64,000 bases of DNA from the human T2T-CHM13v2.0 reference genome, Homo sapiens. Numbering within the stretch: position 1 is the stretch's first letter; every line of letters begins with the position of its first letter. Positions 24,412-41,463 of this stretch are shown in pieces. The position numbers and the translations under genes are program-made. The stretch lies in assembly GCF_009914755.1 (NCBI RefSeq), contig NC_060939.1. One strand, given 5' to 3'. Under the pieces are notes generated by a model. It was not told where the DNA came from. It saw nothing but the letters and a program-made list of their open reading frames with translations, and did no database searches.

Positions 24412-25031
24412 CTGAGAGACATAGCCAAATTGCGGAGGAGCCGTGATCCTGGTGCGCTCCAGTTCTCCTTTCCCTCTCACCCACCCCCAGCTGGCCTCAG
24501 GCCCTATCACATTTGTCTCTCCAGTATCTCTCCAATCCCCTCTTACACCTGCCACTGCTGAGGCCTCCATTCAAGCTCTCATCAGCCTGACTGAACCATG
24601 TCAGTCACTTTCCACATCAAGGCTCCTCCTCAATGCCACTCACACCCATCCCTGACCCTGCAGTCAGGGTGAGCTTTCTTCATGTGGCTCGGGCCACATC
24701 ACCTCCAGCTTTAAGATCGTCTAGCTAGGCATTCAGGGTGCTGGTGAGCTGTCCCCAGCCATCTCTCCATACTCATCTCCCCACTCCCTTCCCACCAGCC
24801 TGTGCTCTGGCCCCAGCAAGCTCCACAGCATTCCTGAAAGGTATCAGGCAGATTCCTGATTCTGAGCTGTCTTATATACTAAGTTCCTTGGCTGGACAGA
24901 GATGGAGGCCAAATGCTTGTAAAAGTGGGTTTCCATGGGACCCTGACATCATGCCCTGGCTTCAGAGATCCACTTCGGAAGCTCGTTAAAGGCTGCCCCT
25001 CCAGCCCCTCCCTGCTTCAGCCACAACTCAC

Positions 25032-25124
25032 TCTCCAGGGTGTCGGCAGGCTTGGCAAAGATGCTGGGGTTCTTCTTCCCAGGCTGGACTCTTCTTACTG
25101 ACTGGGTGAGCATCGTCTGTCTCC
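25032..25124 (-). CDS. CILP: CILP exon 3
   Basis: CAG|GGAGACAG...CTGGAGA|GTGAGT; 93 nt; RQTMLTQSVRRVQPGKKNPSIFAKPADTLE. Confidence 0.96.
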
Positions 25125-27055
25125 CTGAGGGCCAGAAGGAGAAGCTAAGTGAGAGGCCAGGACTGGAAGTTACAGCATTCCTCAAGATGCAGGGAAACAG
25201 TGTGAGGTGGTGAATGGAGCATGAGCACCAGGCATGGGTTCAAACCCCACTCTGCTACTTATTGCTGTGCAATCTCAGAAAAGCTTTACTCCTCTGAGCC
25301 TGTTTCCCCATAAAATAGGAATGCACTAATAATTGCTGCATCCTAGGGTCCTGGTGCATTATTCAGGTGATAATGAATGTAAAGAGACCTGGCTTGTAGT
25401 GCACACTCAGTGAATGGTATCTCCCTTTTCACTCTTGTTCTAGAAATGGATTATCAGATGCTCCTGAGCAGCCAGTGGCCTGGGACTCCTGCTTTGGTGT
25501 CTGCACCAAACCTTCTTGGCAAAATGGAGCTTTGTTTTCCTCATGTGTAAAATGGAGATATTTATTCCCATCTCGCAGGGTGATTCAGTTGGCATGAGGA
25601 TTCCATGAGCTAGAACGTAAAAGCCTCTGAAGTATATGCAGATTGACAGTGTGGGCTCCTGAGACTCTGCCAGTTTCTAACTGTGTGACTTTGGGCAAGT
25701 TACTTAACCCAGCTGACCCCATGTTCTTTCATCATAAAATAAGGATAATGATAGTTCCTGCCTTAGAGTATTGTGGGGATTAAATAAGCTCATTCATAAA
25801 ATCCACTTAGAACAACACCTAGCACATAACGCATACTGAATAAGTGCTAGCAACTTCTTTTAGCTCAACGCCAGAATAGATGGCCATTTACTTTCCCTTG
25901 GGAGTCCACTCTCCCATAAAGACTCCTATGGCCTAATTGGGGCAGCGGTCCTCAATTTTCCATACGAGGCTGGCAGGGACTGCCTGAGGATGGGTACAGG
26001 GTCCTCGGGCCACAAGCAGTTCCAGCTGTACCCTACCTGAGGCTGGGTTGGGGTCTCCAGAATGGGAAGGAGAATGCGGAGCAGAGGGCTGCAGAAGCTT
26101 TGACAGGCAATTAACGCTTACTCCAGGAGCCAAATCAGAATTCTCTATGCTGCTTAATTGGGGTGATAGGAGCTCTTTTAATCAACCTAATCTGATTTCC
26201 CCTCAGATGGTTGAATGTTAATCATCTTCACAAGCAGCAGCTGTCAGGGTGGAAAGAGCAAGGCAGGAGGCAGGCACATACAGGGGTTGGCTCCAGGCTG
26301 AGACAGCCTTTGTTCCTGCATTTGTAGCCACAAATCCTGCAAGGCATACAGCTTTAAAGGAGGGTTTTGAGCTTTTTTTTTTTTTTTTTTTTTTTTTGCT
26401 TTTGCTTTACCTGAGTATGTGCTTAGAAATCAGGAGAGGAAGGGGAGGAGGTGGGAGAGAGTGTGCAGGGGAGGGCTGACGCTTAGATGCCTTGGGAAGT
26501 CTTCTGTTCCACCAGACAAATTCTTTCTACGAGTTCCTTCCAGAGCTCAGTATCACCAGAGGATGCAGTCAGAGGGCAAGGAGACCGGAAGGGGTTCTGG
26601 TGTGTCTGTGAAATTTGGCTGCAGGGTCTAAATGAAATTGAGCTTTGGGCCAAAAGAATCTTCATAAAACTAAAAACAGACCAAACCCCAAACCTGCTTC
26701 TGAGATCTCACTGATGCCCTGTGATTCCCTATTACTTTGGCTGCCAGGAAGCTCGGAGCTCAATTTGGTACTCAAGGGCTAAAAATAACCCTCTTATCTT
26801 TTTTTCCTCCCTCTGAATGACTGCTCATCCCTCTTCTCATATAAAGGTTCTGTTTTGTGAGTTTTAATAATGGGAACAATCTCAAGTTTTGGAGAAAAAC
26901 AAACAGGGTATAAATTACGAATAAATCCATAAAGTGGCCTCAGGTCTTAAGGCCTTGCTGTGTCTTAAGGCAGATGCATAGTTCAGTCCCAGACCAGACA
27001 CAACCTCACTGTGGCAAGTGGAAGATTTGGGAGCCAGCAGATACTTAGCCTATAC

Positions 27056-27116
27056 CCAACACAGATGTGACTTCCAGGACCAGGAAGGAGAACACCCAGG
27101 CCTTGGTCCCCACCAT
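27056..27116 (-). CDS. CILP: CILP exon 2 coding part (start codon and signal peptide); whole exon 27056-27222
   Basis: AAG-ATG-G Kozak context at 27116; MVGTKAWVFSFLVLEVTSVL-G; donor G|GTATAG; acceptor CTTTACAG| with exon starting at 27222. Confidence 0.96.
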
Positions 27117-28788
27117 CTTTCCCCCAAGCCCGTGGGAACGTGGCAAGAGGTAGATGTGGGTGCTTCACAGAGTCACTGACTCTGGAATGCGGTCCCCTGG
27201 GAAGTTTCTCAGATCCAGTGACCTGTAAAGAAACAAAGCTTGTCAGGTTTCATATTTCTGAATCACCGCTTATGGCTCAAGCAGAAATATTTCTTGACCT
27301 GTCAAGGAGGGAAAGGTGGACAGAATGATATGAAAGTGATATCTGCCTGAGTTGTGAAACCAGGTAGCTTGGGAGGTGCAGAGGCTCAGAATCTGAGTTC
27401 AAATGAGGCAGACTAGGTTCCATCCCTGGGGGTAGGCTCCAGGGCCCCACATGGAGATGAGGCACAAGGACAAGCAGGGGCGAGGAGGTTCCTTGCAATG
27501 AGGAGAGTCCAGGGCTCACCCCCAGCAGCCTCTTGGTGACTCGTCACTTCTAAAACCCAGGCCTGAGGGGCATTTGTTTTGCCATCCTTTGATGGAGTTC
27601 ACACTCTCACACAGGCGGGTACATATTAAGGCCGTGAAGACTTGGCTCCGACTCCAGTGGCCTCTCATAAGGCAGGCTGGCTGGAGGGTGCAGATGCCTC
27701 GGACATACCACCTCCATGAACACATTCCCAGATGTGCACGGGCTGCAGCTGGAACACATTTCTGGCCTTTTTGTTTGGGGCCTGACTGGGAGTTACACAG
27801 CCAGGAGCCAGCTGACGGAAAGCAGAGGGGATGCATTGTGAGAGGCCAGGGCTCCCCAGTAACTGCTGAGCGTGGGTGAGGAACTGCAAGGGTCAGGAGA
27901 GGAAAGCAGGCCTGGGACAAGGGCAAGGAACTATGGGGCGTGCGTGGCCCAGGCCGCAGCTGAGCAGAACATTTTTATGTCTCCCCAGAGCTCCGGCCAA
28001 CCCAGAATCTGACTCGTTTCTGGGGATTCAAAAGTGGTTCCCTTCAACATCCTAAGTCCAGGGTGTGGTAGGAAAGGGAAGAGTCCTCCTCTCTAAAAAA
28101 TACACATATCTGAAAACACTGGGATATTCCAGGGGAAGAAAAAACCAGTCCCATGCTGCAGACCTTCTAGCTCTAAAACCACTGGCCCCACCACTACCTG
28201 TTTCTCGGATGAGGGAGCAGAGTCACCAGGACGTCCCAAAGGCCTCCACATTGTGTGTATCCCTCTGGGCTCCAAGCAGGGAGCTGAGCAGTCTGCTGGC
28301 CTGCACTGCATTCAGCCTGAGCCTGAGCCTGCTCCAGGGATGTCTGGAGGCTGAGGTGGCCTGAGACACCTTGTGGAAAAACCATTTCCCATCTGGCAGC
28401 CCACAGAGGTTTCTCAGCATCTCCGCCGTTTCCTCAGCATATGCCCTGATGGTTAGGCTTGCCATCCCACGCTCCTCAGAACACTTGGACAAAGCAGACT
28501 GGCTGACCGCAGGGAATAAAGCAGGGCACCCAGAGGTATGGAAACCCTAAGTGGGACCATCTGGGGGTTCCTGTCCTCAGGTGGGGGAGGGAGAGGACTT
28601 TGGGCCAATGGGGGAAAGCAGATTCCCAAAGCAGAAAGGGAGTCTTCTCTGTGGGAGATGAAGGATCAGGCAGCAAAAAGTGGGGGGAAGTGGGGAGAAG
28701 GGAATGGAGTAGTCAGGGGAGGGCAGGAGCAGTTGAGTCCAGCAGTGGGGTGCAGGGATGGGGTGAGGGGAATAGGAGTGGAGCTCAC

Positions 28789-28835
28789 CGTGTCTTGAGC
28801 AGGACTCCTCAGCTGGGGGTCCAAGCCTTCGCCTC
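28789..28835 (-). other. CILP: CILP non-coding exon 1 (5' end approximate)
   Basis: Donor ACG|GTGAGC with GT at 28788-28787; TSS inferred ~25-30 nt downstream of the TATA box. Confidence 0.8.
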
Positions 28836-28856
28836 TCCAGCAGTCCAGTGCCGGCC

Positions 28857-28863
28857 TTATATA
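28857..28863 (-). promoter_or_regulatory. CILP: CILP TATA box (TATATAA)
   Basis: TTATATA on +, correctly spaced from the exon-1 donor, in a non-CpG promoter. Confidence 0.8.
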
Positions 28864-29704
28864 GCACAGCTGGTGGCTCAGCCTGTGGCAGCCAGCCAGA
28901 GGAAGCAGCAGCGAAACCAGATCTGAGCATGAGCCTCCCTCTCCCCTCCCCATGTCCCCTTGCAGTTCACAGAGGCCAGGATTTTATGTCCAGATCCTAA
29001 GGAGGAGATGCCGCAGGACCTGGTGATGGGCCAGGTGGGCAGTGGCCTGGGGCATCACAGTCCAGAGCAGAGAGAGGGGTCAGGAGGTGGGCTGGGCACT
29101 AGAAACAGCCCTGGGAAGGGGCCACGGGGAATTCTAGATCTGGGCAGCATTTCATGGCCCGGGGGATGGTGTGCTCTTGCCTAAGCCTAGCTTGCTGATG
29201 CCCCACATTCCCCTGGCCCTGGCTCGCCCACACAGAGAAAAGACTTTGCTGGTCTTAGCACATACTCCAAACACTCTTAGGCACACAGGCCACCTTGGCC
29301 TCTCAGCTGGGTGTGTCTGGTCTGAGTTGGGCAACTACTCAGCTTCTCTGGCTTCTGAGGGAACACTCAGGGAACCTCAGAAGGGATAAGGGACAAAAGA
29401 ATTGTGGGGCATAGGTTGTCAGCTGGTGAGAACAGTTCTTCCTTTCTCCCCCCCACTTCCATCTGAGTGCCTGCTGGTACCCACTGAGACCCCAGAGCTC
29501 CAGCATGTGGACTCTTCTGAGACCCTGATGCTCATATATGTGCATGCGTGTGAGTACGTGTCTGCCTTCAGGTATAGGCATCCACCAGCATGTGAACAGC
29601 CAGTGTTACCCATAGGGGGCGTATGCAGCTGCATGTGCTCTGGGGCTTCACACCCCCACTCCCGGCCCCCTGGCCCCAGCATGAGGTTATCTGTTTGCAC
29701 AGAC

Positions 29705-29880
29705 ACTGGTTCTCTAATTTTAGCATGTGTTAGAATCACCTGGAGGGCGGTTAAAGCAGATTTCTGGACCCCACACCCAGAGTTTCTGATTCAGTGGGGC
29801 CTGAGACTTTGCATTCTAACAAGTTCCCAGATGAGATTGATGCTGTTGGTTCATGGATCACATTTTGAGATTGACTGGTC
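29705..29880. mobile_element. MER5A-type hAT MITE
   Basis: TGGTTCTC...AGAATCACCTGGAGGG...CCCCACACCCAGAGTTTCTGATTCAGT...TTTGCATTCTAACAAGTTCCCAG. Similar copies at ~18057-18232 and ~43055-43210. Confidence 0.75.
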
Positions 29881-30006
29881 ACAGTGATAGAGCCCCAGTT
29901 GAAGGAAGAAGATGAAGAGCGAGTGTACTAAGGACCACAGTGGGAGCTTCCCAGGTCCTGCCCCATGTAGCAGGCTCATCTAGCCTGGGCTGGGCTTCCT
30001 GCCTCA

Positions 30007-30890
<884 letters not shown>

Positions 30891-31119
30891 CTAAGGAATA
30901 GACAGACAGACAGGCTGAGCCACAATCCCCAGATCAAAGGACAGGAGAAAAATTGAAATTTGGAATTCAGAAGCCTAGTCCTGGCTGTTTCTGATTCTGA
31001 TATGCGACCGTGAACTAGCAAGAACCCAAGTAACCCTGGGCCTCAGGTGTGCAACGGGAGATGGACTGAGTGAGTTTGCAGGCCCCTGCCAGCTCTGAGA
31101 TTGCAAGGTTTGAGATATA

Positions 31120-31486
31120 CAGATGCTCTTTGGCTTATAGTAATGTCCCAATAAACCCACTGTAAGTTGAAAATATCATAAGTAAAAAAAATACGCTTAA
31201 TGCACCTAACCTACTGAACATCAGAACTTAGCCTAGCCTACCTTAAATATGTTCAGAACACTTACATTAGCCTACAGTAGCCTACAGTTGTACGAAACCA
31301 TCTAACAAAAAGCCTATTTTACCATAAAGTATTGATTATCTCATGTGATACATTGAATACTGTACTGAAAGTGAAAAACACAATGGTTGTACAGGAAAGT
31401 ACAGTTTCTACTGAATTTGTGTCACATTTGCACATCATAAAGTCGGAAAATTGTAACTTGAATCATCCTAAGTTGGGGACCATCTG
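31120..31486. mobile_element. MER47A-like (Tigger5/Tc1-mariner) MITE
   Basis: TA|CAGATG...CATCTG|TA terminal inverted repeats with TA target duplication; internal CTTAGCCTAGCCTACCTTAAA motif. Confidence 0.8.
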
Positions 31487-33318
31487 TACTGACAGCAAAC
31501 AGAGCTGGGAGGAGAGAGTGGAGGGAACGACTGCTCCTACGTGTCTGGCAGAAGTCAGAGGAGCCAGTGTGGAGTCAAGGTCAGGAGGAAGTCCAGAGAA
31601 GCAGATATGACCACCAAGGCTGGATAAGGACAGCAAGAGAGATACACAGGAAAGGAAGGTAGTGGGAGGTAAACCAGAGGGCAAGGTCAGGGTAATCAGC
31701 TGCTCTCCAAGGCCTTCATTCTGTGGAATGCCAGGGTGGGTAAGAGACGCCTCCCCAGCCTCCCAGTCACCTCCATCTCTTTCTGTAGTGGGAGGCAGGG
31801 TACCCTATGGGTGAGGATTGGGCAAAGTGGAGTGTTTTAGGCCAGGATTCCTGCCTGGGTCTCCTCATTCAGCCCAGCACTCACACTGAGGCCCTCACTT
31901 ACCTAGCCCCAAGTGGCCAGTGCGTGTTAATATGGTAAGTACAGGGTTGAGGGCTGCGTTCCAATTCCACCATGCCATTTCCGTCCACCTGTCTCATATC
32001 TTGCCTCCTCCCATACTCCCATCAGAGTCCTTTCCTGTCTCCAAGTAGGAATGAGCTGTGTGAGCTGCACAGGGCTAGACTGGGGAAATCTGAGCCTGCC
32101 CTCACTCTCTCTTCCCAGGACTCCTTTGGGGGGGAAGCTATTGCTGTCCTCAACCAGGACCCCAGAATAGAGAGGGCTTTGGAGGTGGCCGTAGGTCTAG
32201 ACTGTCCAAGGCCTGGCCTGGGTGGGTCAGCCTCAGCCACGAGTGGCCATCTGGGGCTTCTGCAAGCCAGGCTACTCTGCAGCCACTCCAAGCTTCTGCC
32301 TGGAACATGCTGGAAACCCATCAATCACCCCATCCCTGCCCAGGGGATGAAGGGACTTGGAACCCAGCTTAGCTAGGCCACCTGTAACCCAAGCCTATAG
32401 CCAGGGGTCCACACCCTGCACCCTGCAGTGGGGAAAGGAGCTTGGGAACACTGGGAGGGGTCTGACCTGATCCTGGTGGCTCAGGAGGAGGGTGCTCTAT
32501 CTGACTCTCTGACCACCTGCCCACCACCTCTGTCGTCAACCCCTGTGGCTGGAGGAGGCCTTGGAGGCCTGTGGGGGGATAAGCAGCTGATAAACCTTGA
32601 AGAATGGAAGCCTTGGCTGTAGTTCTGAGTGACCATCAGTGGCTGCTGCCCCACTGCCTGGGAACACAGAAACCCAGAGTCCAGGGTGGTAGAGGGGGCT
32701 CACCCTCTGACCAAGTTGCTCTCCTCCCTCTCCTGGGTACCCTCTGTCATTGTTCTACCTCTGTGCCTTTATAATTTTATTCTCCAGCTTCCCATCTTGA
32801 AATACGGCCCTTCTCCCTCACCAGTGTGAATGTCCTTCTTCAAATCCCTGTCTCAGTGTCCTCCTTCCTGCCCTCTGCAACTACCCAGGCCCATCTTGAG
32901 TACTTCTTCCTCAGATCTCAGATAATAATACACAGTCACATGTAGATGACACTCTGTCATTTACAAGGCACATTAGTGGTGATCATCTCATCTTCAGTTT
33001 CACAGTCAATCTGTGAGGCAGGGATCAGCATGCCCATTTTACAGAGGATGAACTGAGGCTAAGAGGCATGAAGTCACTCAGCTATGGTAGGTCTTCAGCT
33101 CCAAGTTGCCCCTGTGAACCAGAGGTCTAATGTATACCTTGTCATAGGGTCCTCAGCTCAGAGGACCCACCATGGAAGTCACACCCCAACTGTAGGCTCC
33201 TCAGTGGGCACATGCCTAGAACAGTCTGTCCCACCTGCCTGGCATACACACCCTGCTTCCTGTATATATACTAATTCCAAAGATGTTCCCATCTAACATA
33301 ATCCAGCTATCTACCACA

Positions 33319-34183
<865 letters not shown>

Positions 34184-34493
34184 TGATGGTTCTGATGATG
34201 GAAATCTTGGTAAAAGTTGGATCTAGGTACTCAGACAACATCATTAGAACTTTTCTTTTTCCATATCTCAATTGCTTCCTCTGGATGGCTTTATTCTCAA
34301 GGAGGCTGTAGCAATCTGTATTTTCCAAAGATGGCTGCAATGGTATTTCCCCTTCCTTATGTTCTCATACAATGTAACTACACTAATCCACCATCAGGAG
34401 ATAGAATCTAATTTTCCTCCCCTTGAATCTGAGCTGGCCTCATGACTTACTTGTAACCAATAAGATAAGGTCTACTTTTTTTTTTTTTTTTGA

Positions 34494-34652
<159 letters not shown>

Positions 34653-34748
34653 TAGTAGAGACGGGGTTTCTACATGTTGGTCAGGCTGGTCTGGAACTCC
34701 TGACCTCAGGTGATCTGCCCGCCTTGGCCTCCCAAAGTGCTGGGATTA

Positions 34749-34976
<228 letters not shown>

Positions 34977-36514
34977 TTAAGAGTCATGATATGAAAAAAC
35001 CACTTTAATAGCTGTCAACCTCAGAGTTTACCCATCATTTGTTCCGTTCCAAACCCACCTATGTAACCCCTGCCATCTTGTAACCATAGCAACACACTCC
35101 AGAACAGTTGAGCAAAACCAAGCAACCATAATAACAACTCCAACTTAGGAAATAGGAGAAAAAGAAAGAAACCTTCAGCACTGCACATGCCACACTGGTT
35201 GCTGTGAATACTGCAGCGTACTGATCAGCACCTAGTCTTGTAAGCATGTGCTTACTCAGCGGCCATAGGTGGGAGAAGATTCCCAGAGAATGGGCTATGA
35301 TCACAGCAGATACTCCAAAACGTGCTCAGTAGAGCTCTCCACCCTCTGCATAACACGCTCACTGTGGTCACCCCAGAATGCTTCTCAAGCTTAAAGCAGG
35401 GTCACCTCAGTGTTCCTATGATGGATTCAGCCCAGTCAGGGCCTTATGTTCACACACAGCATCTATAGCGTCCACCATGCTTATCACAGTGTGTTCACAC
35501 ACACCCTAGAGGCCCGTGTTTTCACCACTGACTACAGAATTCATGCAATGTCACCATGACATTCAACAAATTTACCATAGTATGTTCACAGTCCATAGCG
35601 TCTTCACCACACTTTCATAGTTTGCTCTCATTCAGTGACATTGTAGGGTTCACTGCATGAACCAGCTGAGTTCCTACTCTATATGTGCACGTCATAGTGT
35701 TCATACCACTGTATCCCCCTTGTATTTCCCATGAACATCCACATTCACAATTTTGTATAGGATTAGGGGGTGCACATTCACCCAGGTGTTATCTCAAGAG
35801 TGTTCACCCTCCCCTGGCTATTCACACTCACCATGGGTATGCCCTGGGTGTTCTAGGGCATAAGCTCACCCATGCACCCACCAGACTCTGCTGCTCTCCT
35901 TCCCATGACCCGAGGCCTCTTCATGACTCTCTTGAGAGGTCCCAGATGGCTCTGGGTGTGGTGTGGCTTCAGCTCTGGCCAAGATGCTGGCAGCCCAGAA
36001 AAGCCTGCAGCAGTGACAGGGGTGGCCTTGGTAGGGGATGAAGTGAGGTGGATGCTGGGTAGATGCCCTCTCTGGCTATATGTTCTCCGGACACGTGGGT
36101 ATTTTATTGGTTAGAAAACACAGCTGTGAGAAGTTGAGTGGGAGGAGCCGCCCTCTTTCCAAGCAAAATCTTCGCCCATATAGCACCTGGGCCGTAAGGG
36201 TTTGGTCCCTGCCCAGGTCACCACCAGGACTCTAGCCCAGGGAAGGTGAAATGGAGGTTAGAAAGGCTGGGTCGCCCTTGGCAACTGGGCCTACACAGAT
36301 GGCGTGGGACAGAGGGTGGGACAGAGACAGACACGTGGCCCTGCAGACCATTCTTAGTGGGTTTCCCTTTTTTCCTCAGAAGCAAGGCAGTCTTCAGTGT
36401 GGCCGAATCTGGGCAATGTTTTCTCTAGGAGAACAAGAGCTTCAAGGGCAGGATGTTGGGCAGTGACAAGGAAGACAAACAAAAGGGAGAAGGAATTTGA
36501 ATCCCACCCCCAAT

Positions 36515-39150
<2,636 letters not shown>

Positions 39151-39395
39151 TTTGACCAGCTCCTTTTTTTTTTTTTTTTTTTTAACACTGGCTTCTCAAG
39201 GCATTGACCTCAGCACAGCACCCTATTGCTTTCTCAATGTACGAAGGTCAATAGTGAGGACAAATGCCTTTCTTACCTAACTTCAGAACAAGACTGCGTA
39301 TGCTCAGATAAGACACAGACTGTTCAGTGGAACAGCTCTTTGGGCTCTTACTGACAGCCCCTCTACTCTCCCCAGGACTCATGTCTGACTCCTGA

Positions 39396-39736
<341 letters not shown>

Positions 39737-40671
39737 TGAACTCCTGGCCTCAAGTGATCTGCCCGCCTCAGCCTCCTAAAGTGCTGAGATTACAGGAGTG
39801 AGCCACCGTGCCAGGCCTGGGCCAGATAGGTTTTAAATCCTCTGCACTCAATTAACCAGCTTCCATCAAACAGAGGGAAAATGCCCCGAGAGTGCATCAG
39901 CTGCCTTCATCTTTCTGCTACTTCACCCATCAATGCTGTTGTTGAAACCAGGTGCAGTGGCTCACGCCTGTAATCCCAGCACTTTGGGAGGCCAAGATGA
40001 GAGGATCGTTTAAGCCCAGGAGTTTGAGACCAGCATGGGTGATATAGTGAGACCTCATCTCTATTTAAAACAAAACAAAAGCTGCTGTTGATTTTCATTT
40101 CAGCCTGAGCCTGATCATAATTAGTGGGGAAAGCACACAGTGCGAGGTATACCAGAATTCTACCAAGACCTGGGTCCTGGAGATGCTTAGGAATTTGAGT
40201 CAGCTCAAACCCAGGCCAGGTCTAATTTCCAGTCCTCTGATCTTCCTGTTTTATCACAGTGGCCTTTCATACAGGATGGTAGGGAGAGTTGGTTCCTCTC
40301 TGTATTTGGTGAACCTGGATCTTCCCTCCAGGGTGCCAGGCAGATGCAGAGGCTCCACACTCTGGGAACAAGGATGATGATTCACCCAGGCCATCCTGAG
40401 GAAAAGGGGTTTTGTTGTACAGAACTCTGAGTGTATGTATTTGTGAGTGGCTGCACGAGAACATGTAAGCCTGGTGGGGTGTGTCACAGCTCATATATGC
40501 CCACGCCCAGCTCTGATCCCCAAATGCAGTGTGACCTTAGGCATTTCACATTCCCTCTCTGGACTTCAGTTTCCTCCACAGTAAAATGAGGAGATTCGGT
40601 GGGCGGGAAAGCCCATGATAGAGTCTGCATAACATCAACTGGGAGCCTCTCTGCCCTTGAAATCCAGATGA

Positions 40672-41046
<375 letters not shown>

Positions 41047-41079
41047 TGATTCACCTGCCTTGGCCTCCCAAAGTGCTAG

Positions 41080-41463
<384 letters not shown>

